Part shown: positions 53,016 to 62,169 of the stretch, piece by piece
How positions within the stretch are numbered: position 1 is the stretch's first letter
Layout: each line of letters starts with the position of its first letter
From: Rhodopseudomonas sp.
GTDB lineage: Bacteria; Pseudomonadota; Alphaproteobacteria; Rhizobiales; Xanthobacteraceae
Length of the DNA: 64,000 nt
Reading direction: 5' to 3'
Assembly: GCA_016124795.1 (NCBI GenBank)
Contig: WGNB01000052.1
Location: 4,008-68,007 of the forward strand
Position numbers and translations under genes: made by a program
The notes under the pieces: model-generated
The model's input: the letters and a program-made list of their open reading frames with translations, nothing else
What the model was told of the DNA's origin: nothing
The model's database searches: none

Positions 53016-54241
53016 GGCGCGGCCGTGGCCGACGCGCGGCGCATTAAACTGCTAGCGGCCACATAAAGCAGGGTCAGCCCGGCCAGGGCCCAGCACAGGA
53101 CAGGCAGTCCTTGCAGCGCGCCCACCAGATGCGGATCGGCGGCAACGCCGCTCGCCACGGCGCCGATACGCGCCAGCGTTGCCAGCGCCAGCGTCGCATA
53201 GAGCAGGCCGGACATGCGGCCCTCGCGGCCTTCGCCATTCTTGCCGGTGGCCGACAGTGCAATCGCGAAGGCGCTCATCAATATCGCGCCCCAGGCCGCG
53301 CCGGAGGCGCATTGTGCCACAACCAGCATCGTGAGTGTCGTTGCGCCATGCGCCACCGCGATGGCCGCCGCGCCGATCAGCGAACTCACGCCGATCACGA
53401 CATAGCCGCCGAATTTCCGGGTCAGCACGCTGGCCGGGAACATCGTCACGTTGAAGCCGATCCAGAACACCGGCATCAGCCAGACCAGTTGATCGGCTGC
53501 GGCAAAGCGGCGGTAGAGCGGTGCGCTCTCGAGCGAGAAATGGATCTGGTAGCCAAGCGCCAGCGCGATCATCGCCAGCGCAAACCATAGCGTCGGCGGG
53601 CGGGTCGGGCCGACGGTGCGCACCGGTGCGGGCGCGGTCGAAGGCGTGTCGGTGTTTGGCTGCGACGCCAGCCGGCGTTCGGCTCGGATGAGACCGGAGG
53701 CGGCCAGAACCAGCACGAGGCTCGCCAGCGCGAAGGGAAGGCGCGGATCGGCCTGCCGCAGCGTAGCGGCGAGATAAGGCGACGCCGCGCCCGCCAGTCC
53801 GTAACCGAGCAGCGCCAGGCTGGTCAGATAGGGGATTGCCGGCCGCGCCGCATGCTTGCCGAGCATCATCATCGGCGGCGCGCGCAGCGCCGAGGTCGTG
53901 ATCGTCCAGATCGCGGTGACGGCGATCAACAGTGGCGCACCGGCGGCTGCGACATAAGGCAGGACCAAAAAGGCGGCGCAGGAGACGACCGTGATCGCCA
54001 CCAGCCACGGCCCGATGCGGATCAGTGCGCGGCTGGTGCGGTCGGCGACGATGCCGGTGGCGAAATCGCAGACCGTGAACACCACCTGGTCGAGCAGCAG
54101 CAGGATGACGACCGCGCCCGGCGCCAGCCCTGCCGCCGTCGCCAGTTGCGGCAGGTAGATCGCATAGACCGTCCAGCACAGCGTGAACAGCAATTGCAGG
54201 ACGGCGAGATACCAGCCGAAGCGGTGAGTGACCGGGCTCAT
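53012..54241 (-). CDS. MFS transporter
   Basis: About 12 predicted TM segments over 409 aa. Confidence 0.8.
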   Translation of the reverse strand: MSPVTHRFGWYLAVLQLLFTLCWTVYAIYLPQLATAAGLAPGAVVILLLLDQVVFTVCDFATGIVADRTSRALIRIGPWLVAITVVSCAAFLVLPYVAAAGAPLLIAVTAIWTITTSALRAPPMMMLGKHAARPAIPYLTSLALLGYGLAGAASPYLAATLRQADPRLPFALASLVLVLAASGLIRAERRLASQPNTDTPSTAPAPVRTVGPTRPPTLWFALAMIALALGYQIHFSLESAPLYRRFAAADQLVWLMPVFWIGFNVTMFPASVLTRKFGGYVVIGVSSLIGAAAIAVAHGATTLTMLVVAQCASGAAWGAILMSAFAIALSATGKNGEGREGRMSGLLYATLALATLARIGAVASGVAADPHLVGALQGLPVLCWALAGLTLLYVAASSLMRRASATAAP

Positions 54242-54248
54242 CGCAACC

Positions 54249-55235
54249 TCAAAGCGTTACGATGACGTTGCCGATGGTGCCTTGCTCGACCGCCTCGTGG
54301 GCGGCGACGATGTCCTTGAGCGCGTAAGTTGGTGTGGCGACCCGGTTGATCAGCTTGCCGCGCGCGAGCGCGTCGTTGATGCCGGCGATCGCGGCGGCGC
54401 GTTCGGTGTCGTTGAGTTCATAGACCAGGAAGAATTGCAGCCCGATCGAATTGGTCAGACAGAACGAGGCCGGGATGGTCGCCTCCGCGCCGCCGGTACC
54501 GTAAATGATGACCTGACCTTTGGGCCGCAGCACGCGCGGCAGCAATTTGGCATTGGCGACGATATCCATCTCGATCACGACATCGACGCCGCGATGATCG
54601 GTCAGCGCCATGACGCGGTCGCCGACATCGGCGCGCTTGTAGTCGATGACATGATCGGCGCCGGCTTCGAGCGCTGCGGTCGCTTTTGCCGGCGACGAGA
54701 TGGTGGTGAGCACGGTTGCGCCGGCGAGTCTGGCGAACTGGATGACATATTGCGAGACCGCGCCGGCGCCGCCCGATACGAGCAGCGTCGTGCCGAGCAG
54801 CGACGATTGGCCGGCGCCGGCGAGCTTGACGGCGTGATAGGCGGTCATCGCCGGAATGCCGAGACAGGCGCCTTCGGCGAAGCCGATATTGTCGGGCAGG
54901 GTGACGGCCTGCGCCTCCGGCACGACGATATAGTCGGCGGCGGTGCCGAAGGGCCGCTTCCATTGTCCGTTCCAGAGCCATACCCGCTCGCCGAGACGCG
55001 AGGCCGGCACGCCATCGCCGACCTGATCGATGATGCCGGCGCCGTCGCTGTGCGGGATCAATTGCGGCCAGGCGATCTTGCGGCTGCCGGCGCGCGATTT
55101 GACGTCGGACGGATTGACGCCCGAAGCCGCGAGCTTGACCCGCACTTCGCCGGCGCCGGCCTGCGGCGTGGCGATCTCGCCGACGCGCAGCACGTCGCGT
55201 GCCGATCCGTTGGCTTCGTAATAGGCCGCCTGCAT
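54249..55235 (-). CDS. NADPH:quinone oxidoreductase / zinc-type alcohol dehydrogenase-like protein
   Basis: MDR-family features: VRVKLAASGVNPSDVK and LLVSGGAGAVSQYVIQFA. Start set at ATG 55235 (MQAAYYEANG). Confidence 0.85.
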   Translation of the reverse strand: MQAAYYEANGSARDVLRVGEIATPQAGAGEVRVKLAASGVNPSDVKSRAGSRKIAWPQLIPHSDGAGIIDQVGDGVPASRLGERVWLWNGQWKRPFGTAADYIVVPEAQAVTLPDNIGFAEGACLGIPAMTAYHAVKLAGAGQSSLLGTTLLVSGGAGAVSQYVIQFARLAGATVLTTISSPAKATAALEAGADHVIDYKRADVGDRVMALTDHRGVDVVIEMDIVANAKLLPRVLRPKGQVIIYGTGGAEATIPASFCLTNSIGLQFFLVYELNDTERAAAIAGINDALARGKLINRVATPTYALKDIVAAHEAVEQGTIGNVIVTL

Positions 55236-55464
55236 TGTCCTGTCCTTTTGCCCCGGAGCTTCGATAGCAAGCGGTAGGATAGCACGGCTGGCCCTGCGGC
55301 ATACCGCCTCTGGAACCGGTGTGCCGGCGGTCGCATTATGGTCTTTGGAGGCAAAGACGTTCGGGGGCGATTGAGGCTGCAAGATGCAGTCTGGAAAATT
55401 CGGCCGGAAAAAGCCGGTCCGAAATTTTCATGCTGAACGCAGCGACAGCGAAAGGAGCCCGATC

Positions 55465-55701
55465 ATGACCTATCGCGTCTATAGCGGCCCGAAGGGCACG
55501 CCGGAATTGTCCGCCATCGACAGATCGCAGATGTTGTTCAAGCAATTCGTCGCGCTCGACGAGGCGCTGGCCTGGGCGCGCCATGTGACGCGCGACGGCC
55601 GGGTGCCGTTGTTGATCGAGGGCGACGACGGCACCAGCATCAACCGTCGCGAGATCGGTGCGATGCTCGGCGCCGATGTCCATCGGCAAGTCGAGCACTG
55701 A
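55465..55701 (+). CDS. Hypothetical small protein (78 aa)
   Basis: An AAAGGAG RBS lies 7 nt upstream of ATG 55465. High GC3. Confidence 0.45.
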   Translation: MTYRVYSGPKGTPELSAIDRSQMLFKQFVALDEALAWARHVTRDGRVPLLIEGDDGTSINRREIGAMLGADVHRQVEH

Positions 55702-55869
55702 GGCGGCGCGGGCTTTCGTCGGGCCGGACCGTTCGACAATCACATCGTGTGACGATGCTGCGCCAGTGAACGATCAAGGCGCACGTCGATTCCGGCGTGC
55801 GCCTTGATGTGGTTGTTAGCGTGTACGAACCGTGCCGCGACTGGCCGGCGTCGTCGGAGACGATCGCCG

Positions 55870-56082
55870 TTACCGCGCGGCGAGGCGATGCCATTCGGTC
55901 CGAGCGCGGCCGGTCAGTTCGTGCCACTTCACGCTGGCGACGTCCCAGTTGACCAGCGGGCGTTCGGCGCCGACGGCCTGGGCGGAAGCGGTGACGTCGG
56001 TGCCGGCGTGTTGCGAGTCATAGACGTATGCGCCTCCGATGGTCAGAAGGACGCCAATGATGATCCCTAACAGCAGTCGCAT
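55870..56082 (-). CDS. Small membrane protein, probable general-stress regulon member
   Basis: MRLLLGIIIGVLLTIGGAYVY TM helix. ATG 56082 is preceded by GGAGA. The ORF track starts at 56097. An exact EcfG motif lies directly upstream. Confidence 0.55.
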   Translation of the reverse strand: MRLLLGIIIGVLLTIGGAYVYDSQHAGTDVTASAQAVGAERPLVNWDVASVKWHELTGRARTEWHRLAAR

Positions 56083-56110
56083 GTCCGTTTTCTCCATGTC
56101 CCGGAGGCAG

Positions 56111-56135
56111 AACGCGCCGTGGGCCGCCGGGTTCC
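56111..56135 (-). promoter_or_regulatory. sigma-EcfG promoter motif
   Basis: The minus strand reads GGAAC-ccggcggcccacggcg-CGTT, an exact GGAAC-N16-CGTT. It ends 28 nt upstream of ATG 56082. Confidence 0.65.
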
Positions 56136-56334
56136 ATTGTACCGTGCGGCCGGGGCCGAAACGGCGGACGGCGGGCCGGGATCGGGCTCCGGCGGGCGCA
56201 GCCCCGGCGAGTTTGATATCCCCTTCGCAAGGCTGCCTTGCGTCCAGGTCCGGTTCTTTAACTTATTGAAAACACGATATTTTTTACACAAAAAACTTCC
56301 CACTTGAACAAAATTAACTGCTATATTGCCGGCC

Positions 56335-57126
56335 ATGAGTACACAGTCGACGAAGACCGCCCGGCAGTCCTCAAAGACCCCCGGGCGACCCGGTAAAAGT
56401 ACCGCAAAATCCACCAAGGGCGCCAAAAGCGTGAAAACAGCGCGTGCGTCCAAAAGCTCGAAAACGGCGCGGCGCGCTGGCAAAGCCGGCAAGAGCGCGC
56501 GTGCGGCCCGTTCGACCGCGCTGACGTCCGCCAGTCGCGCCTCGAAGCCGGCGACGAAATCTCTGGCGAAATCCACCAGCAAGCCGGCCACGGCGGTCGC
56601 GGCGAAAGCCGCCGCTGCGAAGACCGCCGGCAAGGCGTCGCTCAAGACCGTGGCGAAGCCTGCGGCCAAGCCTGTCGCCAAGACGGTTTCGACGGCTGTC
56701 GAGACCAAACCGGCGATCAAGCCCGTGGCCAAAGCGTTCACCAAAGCGTCGGTTGACGCCGCGACGAAGTCGAGCAGCAAGGTTTCGGTCAAGGCCGCGG
56801 CCAAGCCGGCGGTGAAGCCGAGCGAGCCGGCCGCGCCGAAGGTCGAGCTGACGCCGGCCGAACTGGCGCTTCGCAACATGATCCGAACGCTGAGCCCGCC
56901 GGTGCAGCCGGTGGTGACGATCGAAGCGCCGGTGATGGCGCACAAGTATCACGTCGGCGAAATGGTTTATTTCACATCGCCGACCTTCGGTCGCACCTCC
57001 GCCAGCGGCAATTACACCGTGGTCAAGCAACTGCCGTCGGAAAGCGACGACTACCAGTATCGCATCAAGAGCGACGGCGAAGCTTTCGAGCGCGTCGCCA
57101 AGGAAAGCCAGCTCGACCGGATCTGA
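56335..57126 (+). CDS. Histone-H1-like Lys/Ala-rich protein with a conserved-looking C-terminal globular domain
   Basis: About 190 aa of KxAK/AKP-type basic repeats, followed by HKYHVGEMVYFTSPTFGRTSASGNYTVVKQLPSESDDYQYRIKSDGEAFERVAKESQL. Confidence 0.6.
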   Translation: MSTQSTKTARQSSKTPGRPGKSTAKSTKGAKSVKTARASKSSKTARRAGKAGKSARAARSTALTSASRASKPATKSLAKSTSKPATAVAAKAAAAKTAGKASLKTVAKPAAKPVAKTVSTAVETKPAIKPVAKAFTKASVDAATKSSSKVSVKAAAKPAVKPSEPAAPKVELTPAELALRNMIRTLSPPVQPVVTIEAPVMAHKYHVGEMVYFTSPTFGRTSASGNYTVVKQLPSESDDYQYRIKSDGEAFERVAKESQLDRI

Positions 57127-57714
57127 TCGCGGCTCGCGGTGCGGCCTCTGTCAGGGTCGTCTTGATCGGTGTTGCCTTGTCGGAGCGTCTTGCCCGGCTG
57201 CCTCGTTTGAGTGTCTCGGCCCTGTGCCCGAATGCGATTTTCGAAATCGGGTTCCGACTTCGAATCCCGATCGGGGCTGTGGTATTCGATTCGTCAGCCG
57301 CGCCTTGGATCGCACAGCTTGCTGTGTCGCCTTTGCCGCGCCACTGCGGCGCCTTGTCGCGCGGCCCGCTAAAAGCACCCGATTTTACAGGCGTTTTAGC
57401 ATACCAGTTCAGCGCTGCTTCATCATGAAACAAACCCGCTTGGTGTCGGCGCGATCTGCCCTATAAGAACGGCGCGCGATGGTGTTGTGACGATGCTATG
57501 GCGTGGGTCCGGTTTTCGTACTGTCGCTGGGATCAGTGCGATGGCGCCGTCGGTGAAACCGCTGTCGCGGTTTCATGATTGCCAACAACACGCGAAGGCT
57601 GCAAGCGGGCCGCAAGGCAGGGGCCAAGACAGGGCCGTTGTCACGAATTAAAGACTTTTGCGGCTTAGGATTGTGTGCCGGATGAATCATCTTGGAAAAA
57701 GGGAAAGAACGATA

Positions 57715-58692
57715 ATGCGCTCCATTCTGCGAACGGCGGCCTTCGCTGCCATTACCCTGGCGACGGCGGTTGCGGCGTCCCTGCCGGCTTCGGCCCAGAC
57801 TTATCCGACCCGGACCGTCAAGATCATCGTGCCGTTCGGCGCCGGTGGACCGGCCGACGTTTATGCCCGCATTCTCGCCAAGCATCTGACCGACGAGACC
57901 AAGCAGTCCTTCATCATCGAGAACCGTCCGGGCGCCGGCGCCATCATCGGCACCGATGCGGTCGCCAAGTCCGCGCCGGACGGCTACACGCTGCTCCTGA
58001 TGTCGAACACCCAGACCACCAATGAATCGCTGTTCGCCAACAAGCCTTATGAGCTGATGCGCGACTTTGTGCCGGTGGCTTCGATCAATTATTCCGACCT
58101 GATCATGGTCGTGAATCCGTCGGTGCCGGCCAAGACGGTGGCGGAATTCATCGCGCTGGCCAAGAAGGAGCCGGGCAAGCTCAACTATGCTTCGTCCGGT
58201 CCGGGCACGCCCTATCACATGGCGGGTGAACTGTTCAAAGCGATGAGCGGCACCAACATCGTGCACATTCCGCACAAGGCCTCGGGCGACGCGCGCAACA
58301 GCGTGCTGGCCGGCAACGTCCAGATGATGTTCGACGCGGTGACCACGATGACCGCGCTGGCCAAGGCCGGCAAGGTGCGCGCGCTCGCCACCACCGGCGC
58401 GACCCGCAACGCGCTGACGCCGGATCTGCCGACCGTCGGCGAAACCGTGCCGGGTTACGAGGCCACCATCTGGCTCGGCCTGATGGCGCCGAAGGGCACG
58501 CCGAAGGAAGTCGTGACCTTCCTCAACACCGCGGTCAACAAGGTGATCCAGCTGCCCGAGGTCAAGGAAGCCTGGGCCAAGCAGGGCGCGGTGCCGATGC
58601 CGAAGACCCCGGAAGAGTTCGACGCCTATCTGCGCAAGGACATCAAAAAGTGGGCCGATGTGGTAAAGGTGTCGGGCGCCAAGGTTCGCTAG
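57715..58692 (+). CDS. Tripartite tricarboxylate transporter substrate-binding protein (Bug/TctC family)
   Basis: Signal MRSILRTAAFAAITLATAVAASLPASA. YPTRTVKIIVPFGAGGPADVYARIL and KLNYASSGPGTPYHMAGE are typical of the family. Confidence 0.85.
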   Translation: MRSILRTAAFAAITLATAVAASLPASAQTYPTRTVKIIVPFGAGGPADVYARILAKHLTDETKQSFIIENRPGAGAIIGTDAVAKSAPDGYTLLLMSNTQTTNESLFANKPYELMRDFVPVASINYSDLIMVVNPSVPAKTVAEFIALAKKEPGKLNYASSGPGTPYHMAGELFKAMSGTNIVHIPHKASGDARNSVLAGNVQMMFDAVTTMTALAKAGKVRALATTGATRNALTPDLPTVGETVPGYEATIWLGLMAPKGTPKEVVTFLNTAVNKVIQLPEVKEAWAKQGAVPMPKTPEEFDAYLRKDIKKWADVVKVSGAKVR

Positions 58693-58707
58693 CGTAAGCG
58701 GAGTTCC

Positions 58708-59631
58708 ATGACTCTCGATCGTCCCTCGAATGGACTGATCCACCTGCTGCTGCCGGCCGCCGCACTCGCGGCGGCCGTGCTGGCCGTATTCGCCGTGCTC
58801 GACCGCATGTCGCTCGACGACAGCGCGGCCGAGCGGCGGGCTCTGGCCGAACGCCGTGAAATGCTCAATGCCAGCGCGCTGACGCCGGGGACGGCGCTGG
58901 CCTGTCTCGATGGCGGGGCCGGCGATGCCGCCGAAAGCGCCTGCGAGGCCGCGGTTTTTGCCAGCCCGCAAAGCACCGCCGCCGCGGTTGCCTATATCGG
59001 CGCGCGTCTGACGCTGCTCGCCGACGCGCAGGCGCGCGATCCGGCGCTGGCGCAAAGCCTGGCCGCGTCGCGCCGGGCCATCGAACTCGACCGCTTCGGC
59101 ATTGCCGCCCATGTGCTGAGCGCCCGCGACGGCTGCACCGCCAGCGCCTGCGCCGCCTTCGGTCTGGTCAAGCAGGCCAATGTGCTGAAGGCCAACATGA
59201 AGGCCCAGGTCTTCGATCAATATGTCTCGCGTCATGCCTCCGCCTGGAACGGGCCGGCCGCGCCGCCGCATCCCGAGCCGCCTGCGGCGGCCGTGACGCC
59301 GCCGGAAACGCCGGCCCTGTCACAGGCCGCGCCCGGTCTCGCGCCGGCGCCGGCGACCGAGACGGCGGCTGCGGCCCCGGCCGTCGAGCCCGGACATCAG
59401 CCGGTGCCGAGCAAATATGATTTCCCTTCCGCGGCCTCGATCCCGGCGGTCAGCATCATGAATGCCGAGCCGGCGCTGCCGAAATCGGCCGCCGCCGCGC
59501 AGGCGCAAGCCGATGGCGCGCCGTCGCCGTCTTCGGCCCCCGAAGCGCGCCGCATCGAGGCTCCGATACCGGTGCCGCCGCGCCGTCCACAGCCGCATCG
59601 CGAACCGGCCGACCTGAGCCCGCCGCGTTAG
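58708..59631 (+). CDS. Hypothetical membrane-anchored protein with Pro/Ala-rich C-terminal half
   Basis: N-terminal TM LIHLLLPAAALAAAVLAVFAVL. High GC3. No recognisable motif. Confidence 0.5.
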   Translation: MTLDRPSNGLIHLLLPAAALAAAVLAVFAVLDRMSLDDSAAERRALAERREMLNASALTPGTALACLDGGAGDAAESACEAAVFASPQSTAAAVAYIGARLTLLADAQARDPALAQSLAASRRAIELDRFGIAAHVLSARDGCTASACAAFGLVKQANVLKANMKAQVFDQYVSRHASAWNGPAAPPHPEPPAAAVTPPETPALSQAAPGLAPAPATETAAAAPAVEPGHQPVPSKYDFPSAASIPAVSIMNAEPALPKSAAAAQAQADGAPSPSSAPEARRIEAPIPVPPRRPQPHREPADLSPPR

Positions 59632-59727
59632 GCTAGGATTGCGGTTGCCGGGGGCGCGATCCCCAAACCTTTTTGTTATGCCGGCGTGGCCTTGCGGCCA
59701 TCGACCGGACCGGTCAGGTTTGCCGTC

Positions 59728-61716
59728 ATGTTCCGATCCGTGCTGATTGCCAATCGCGGTGAAATCGCCTGCCGCGTCATCCGCACCGCCCGGCGTCTGG
59801 GCCTGCGCACCATCGCGGTCCATTCGCAGGCCGACGCCGGCGCGCTGCATGTGCGGCTTGCCGATGAGGCCTATCCGATCGGACCTTCGCCGGCCGCGCA
59901 AAGCTATCTGGTGATCGACAAGCTGATCGCGGTCGCCAAGGCCGCCGGCGCCGAGTGCATCCATCCCGGTTACGGCTTTCTGTCGGAGAACGCGGCCTTT
60001 GCGCAGGCTTGCGCCGACAACGGCATCGTCTTCGTCGGCCCGCCGCCTTCGGCGATGCAGGCGATGGGCCTGAAGGACCGCGCCAAGGCGCTGATGGAAA
60101 AAGCCGGCGTGCCGGTGGTGCCGGGTTATCACGGCGACAACCAGGACCCGGCCTTCCTCAAGCGCAAGGCTTATGAAATCGGCTATCCGGTGCTGATCAA
60201 GGCGGTGGCCGGCGGCGGTGGCAAGGGCATGCGGCGCGTCGACCGCCACGCCGATTTCGACGAGGCGCTGACCGGCGCGATGCGCGAGGCGAAAGCCGCC
60301 TTCGGCGACGCGCGGGTGCTGATCGAGAAATATGTCAGCGCGCCGCGCCACATCGAGATGCAGGTCTTCGCCGATCGCCACGGCAACGCCATTCATCTCA
60401 ACGAGCGCGACTGTTCGTTGCAGCGGCGGCATCAGAAGGTGATCGAGGAAGCGCCGGCCCCCGGCATGAGCGCGGCCTTGCGCGCCGCGATGGGGCAGGC
60501 GGCGGTCGCGGCGGCGCAAGCCTGCGGCTATGTCGGCGCCGGCACCATCGAGTTTATCGCCGACGGCGCGGGCGGCCTGAAGGCCGACGGCTTCTGGTTC
60601 ATGGAAATGAACACGCGGCTGCAGGTCGAGCATCCGGTCACCGAAGCGGTCACCGGCCTCGATCTGGTCGAGTGGCAGTTTCGCGTCGCCTTCGGCGAAC
60701 CGCTGCCGCTGAAGCAGGATCAGGTGCGGCTCGACGGCCACGCGGTCGAAGCCCGGCTTTATGCCGAAGACCCCGAGCGCTCGTTCCTGCCGTCGACCGG
60801 TCCGCTGCTGGCGCTGGAATTTCCCGACGCGCCGGGCCTGCGCATCGACAGCGGCGTCGAAGCCGGCGACGTGGTGACGCCGTTCTACGATCCGATGATC
60901 GCCAAGGTGATCGCGCATCGGCCGGAGCGCGGCCAGGCGCTCGAGGCGCTGGCCGAGGCGCTCGACGAGACGGTGGTGATCGGGCCGCGCAGCAATGCCG
61001 GCTTCCTCGGCCAGTTGTGCCGGGCCGCCGATTTCCGCGCCGGCACCTTCGACACCGGATTCATCGACAGCCATCTCGACAGCCTCGGCGTCGGCGCGCA
61101 TGAGCGTGACCTCGGCGCGATCGCCTGTGGCGCGGAGCGTTTGCTGACGGCCGAGCGGGCCCGCCTTGCCGCCAGCGGGGTCGATGCCGATGCCGTGGCG
61201 AACGGCCATGTCTCGCCGTGGGATGCCGACGACGGCTTTCAGCTTTCCGGTCCGCGTGTGCTTCAGGTGCCGGTTGTCGCCGATGGCGAGCTACTGACGG
61301 CGCGGGTCGATTACAGCAATGGCGGCGTGGCGGTGACCGTCGATGGCGTTGCGCCGGCGCGCGATGCCCGCGCGGTCGCGGTCGCCGGCGCGGTCTATGT
61401 GCTGCGGCATGGCCGTCAGACGAGAGTCGGTTTGCGCGATGCGGCGCTGGCCGAAGGCGGCGGACCGGGCGGCGGCGGCGCGATCCGCGCGCCGATGCAC
61501 GGCAAGGTGCTGGCCGTTCTGGTCGAGGAGGGCGCGGCGGTGACGCGCGGCCAGCGGCTGGCGATCATTGAAGCGATGAAGATGGAACATACATTGACCG
61601 CGCCGGTCGATGGCATTGTTTCCGGCATCGTGGTGACGGTGGACGCGCAGGTTGCCGAGGGCGCCAAAGTGATGACGATCGAGGCGTCGGCCGATCAAGC
61701 AAAAGAGTTGGGTTAG
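59728..61716 (+). CDS. mccA: Methylcrotonoyl-CoA carboxylase alpha (biotin carboxylase plus BCCP) subunit
   Basis: MFRSVLIANRGEIACRVIRTA, an ATP-grasp region, and the C-terminal biotinyl motif EAMKMEH. Start set at ATG 59728. Confidence 0.9.
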   Translation: MFRSVLIANRGEIACRVIRTARRLGLRTIAVHSQADAGALHVRLADEAYPIGPSPAAQSYLVIDKLIAVAKAAGAECIHPGYGFLSENAAFAQACADNGIVFVGPPPSAMQAMGLKDRAKALMEKAGVPVVPGYHGDNQDPAFLKRKAYEIGYPVLIKAVAGGGGKGMRRVDRHADFDEALTGAMREAKAAFGDARVLIEKYVSAPRHIEMQVFADRHGNAIHLNERDCSLQRRHQKVIEEAPAPGMSAALRAAMGQAAVAAAQACGYVGAGTIEFIADGAGGLKADGFWFMEMNTRLQVEHPVTEAVTGLDLVEWQFRVAFGEPLPLKQDQVRLDGHAVEARLYAEDPERSFLPSTGPLLALEFPDAPGLRIDSGVEAGDVVTPFYDPMIAKVIAHRPERGQALEALAEALDETVVIGPRSNAGFLGQLCRAADFRAGTFDTGFIDSHLDSLGVGAHERDLGAIACGAERLLTAERARLAASGVDADAVANGHVSPWDADDGFQLSGPRVLQVPVVADGELLTARVDYSNGGVAVTVDGVAPARDARAVAVAGAVYVLRHGRQTRVGLRDAALAEGGGPGGGGAIRAPMHGKVLAVLVEEGAAVTRGQRLAIIEAMKMEHTLTAPVDGIVSGIVVTVDAQVAEGAKVMTIEASADQAKELG

Positions 61717-61722
61717 TTCGGA

Positions 61723-62163
61723 ATGCCGCTGCATTTGATCAAGCTGTCGGTCGGAACCGAAACGGTGGCCGATCTCGAATACTGGATCGATCAGAAGATC
61801 AAGGCGCAGAAGAAGCGCGGCGTCAAAAAGCCCGAGCGGGTTCACACAACGCGCATGGTGCCGAAACGCGCCGAGGAACTGATTGACGGCGGCTCGATCT
61901 ATTGGGTCATCAAGGGCCAGATCATGTGCCGCGAGAAGATTCTGGCGGTGACGCCGTTCACCGACAAGGATGGCATTCATCGCTGCAAGCTGGCGCTCGA
62001 TCCGAAATGCATTCCGGTCTGGCCACGGCCGCGCGCCGCCTTTCAGGGCTGGCGCTATCTGGAAGACAAGGACGCGCCGCGCGATCTGGCCAAAGCCGCG
62101 CCCGGCGCCGCCAACATGCCGGAAGAGATGCGGCGTGAACTGCGCGAGTTGGGGTTGTTATAG
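61723..62163 (+). CDS. DUF1489-family protein
   Basis: MPLHLIKLSVGTETVADLEYWI...GGSIYWVIKGQIMCREKIL matches my recollection of DUF1489. Confidence 0.8.
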   Translation: MPLHLIKLSVGTETVADLEYWIDQKIKAQKKRGVKKPERVHTTRMVPKRAEELIDGGSIYWVIKGQIMCREKILAVTPFTDKDGIHRCKLALDPKCIPVWPRPRAAFQGWRYLEDKDAPRDLAKAAPGAANMPEEMRRELRELGLL

Positions 62164-62169
62164 GGCGCA

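Noticed and set aside
57255-57295. A TTCGAATCC string resembling a tRNA T-loop.
   Set aside because: The flanking bases do not form a 5-bp T-stem (CCGAC versus CCCGA). No acceptor, D or anticodon arms can be drawn. It is part of a 6-bp hairpin with a 13-nt loop.
57496-61209. Very long minus-strand ORFs (591 aa at 57496-59271; 629 aa at 59320-61209).
   Set aside because: They are antisense to the TctC-family gene, the 58708 ORF and mccA, all of which have strong motif evidence. The translations are low-complexity and Arg/Gly-rich.
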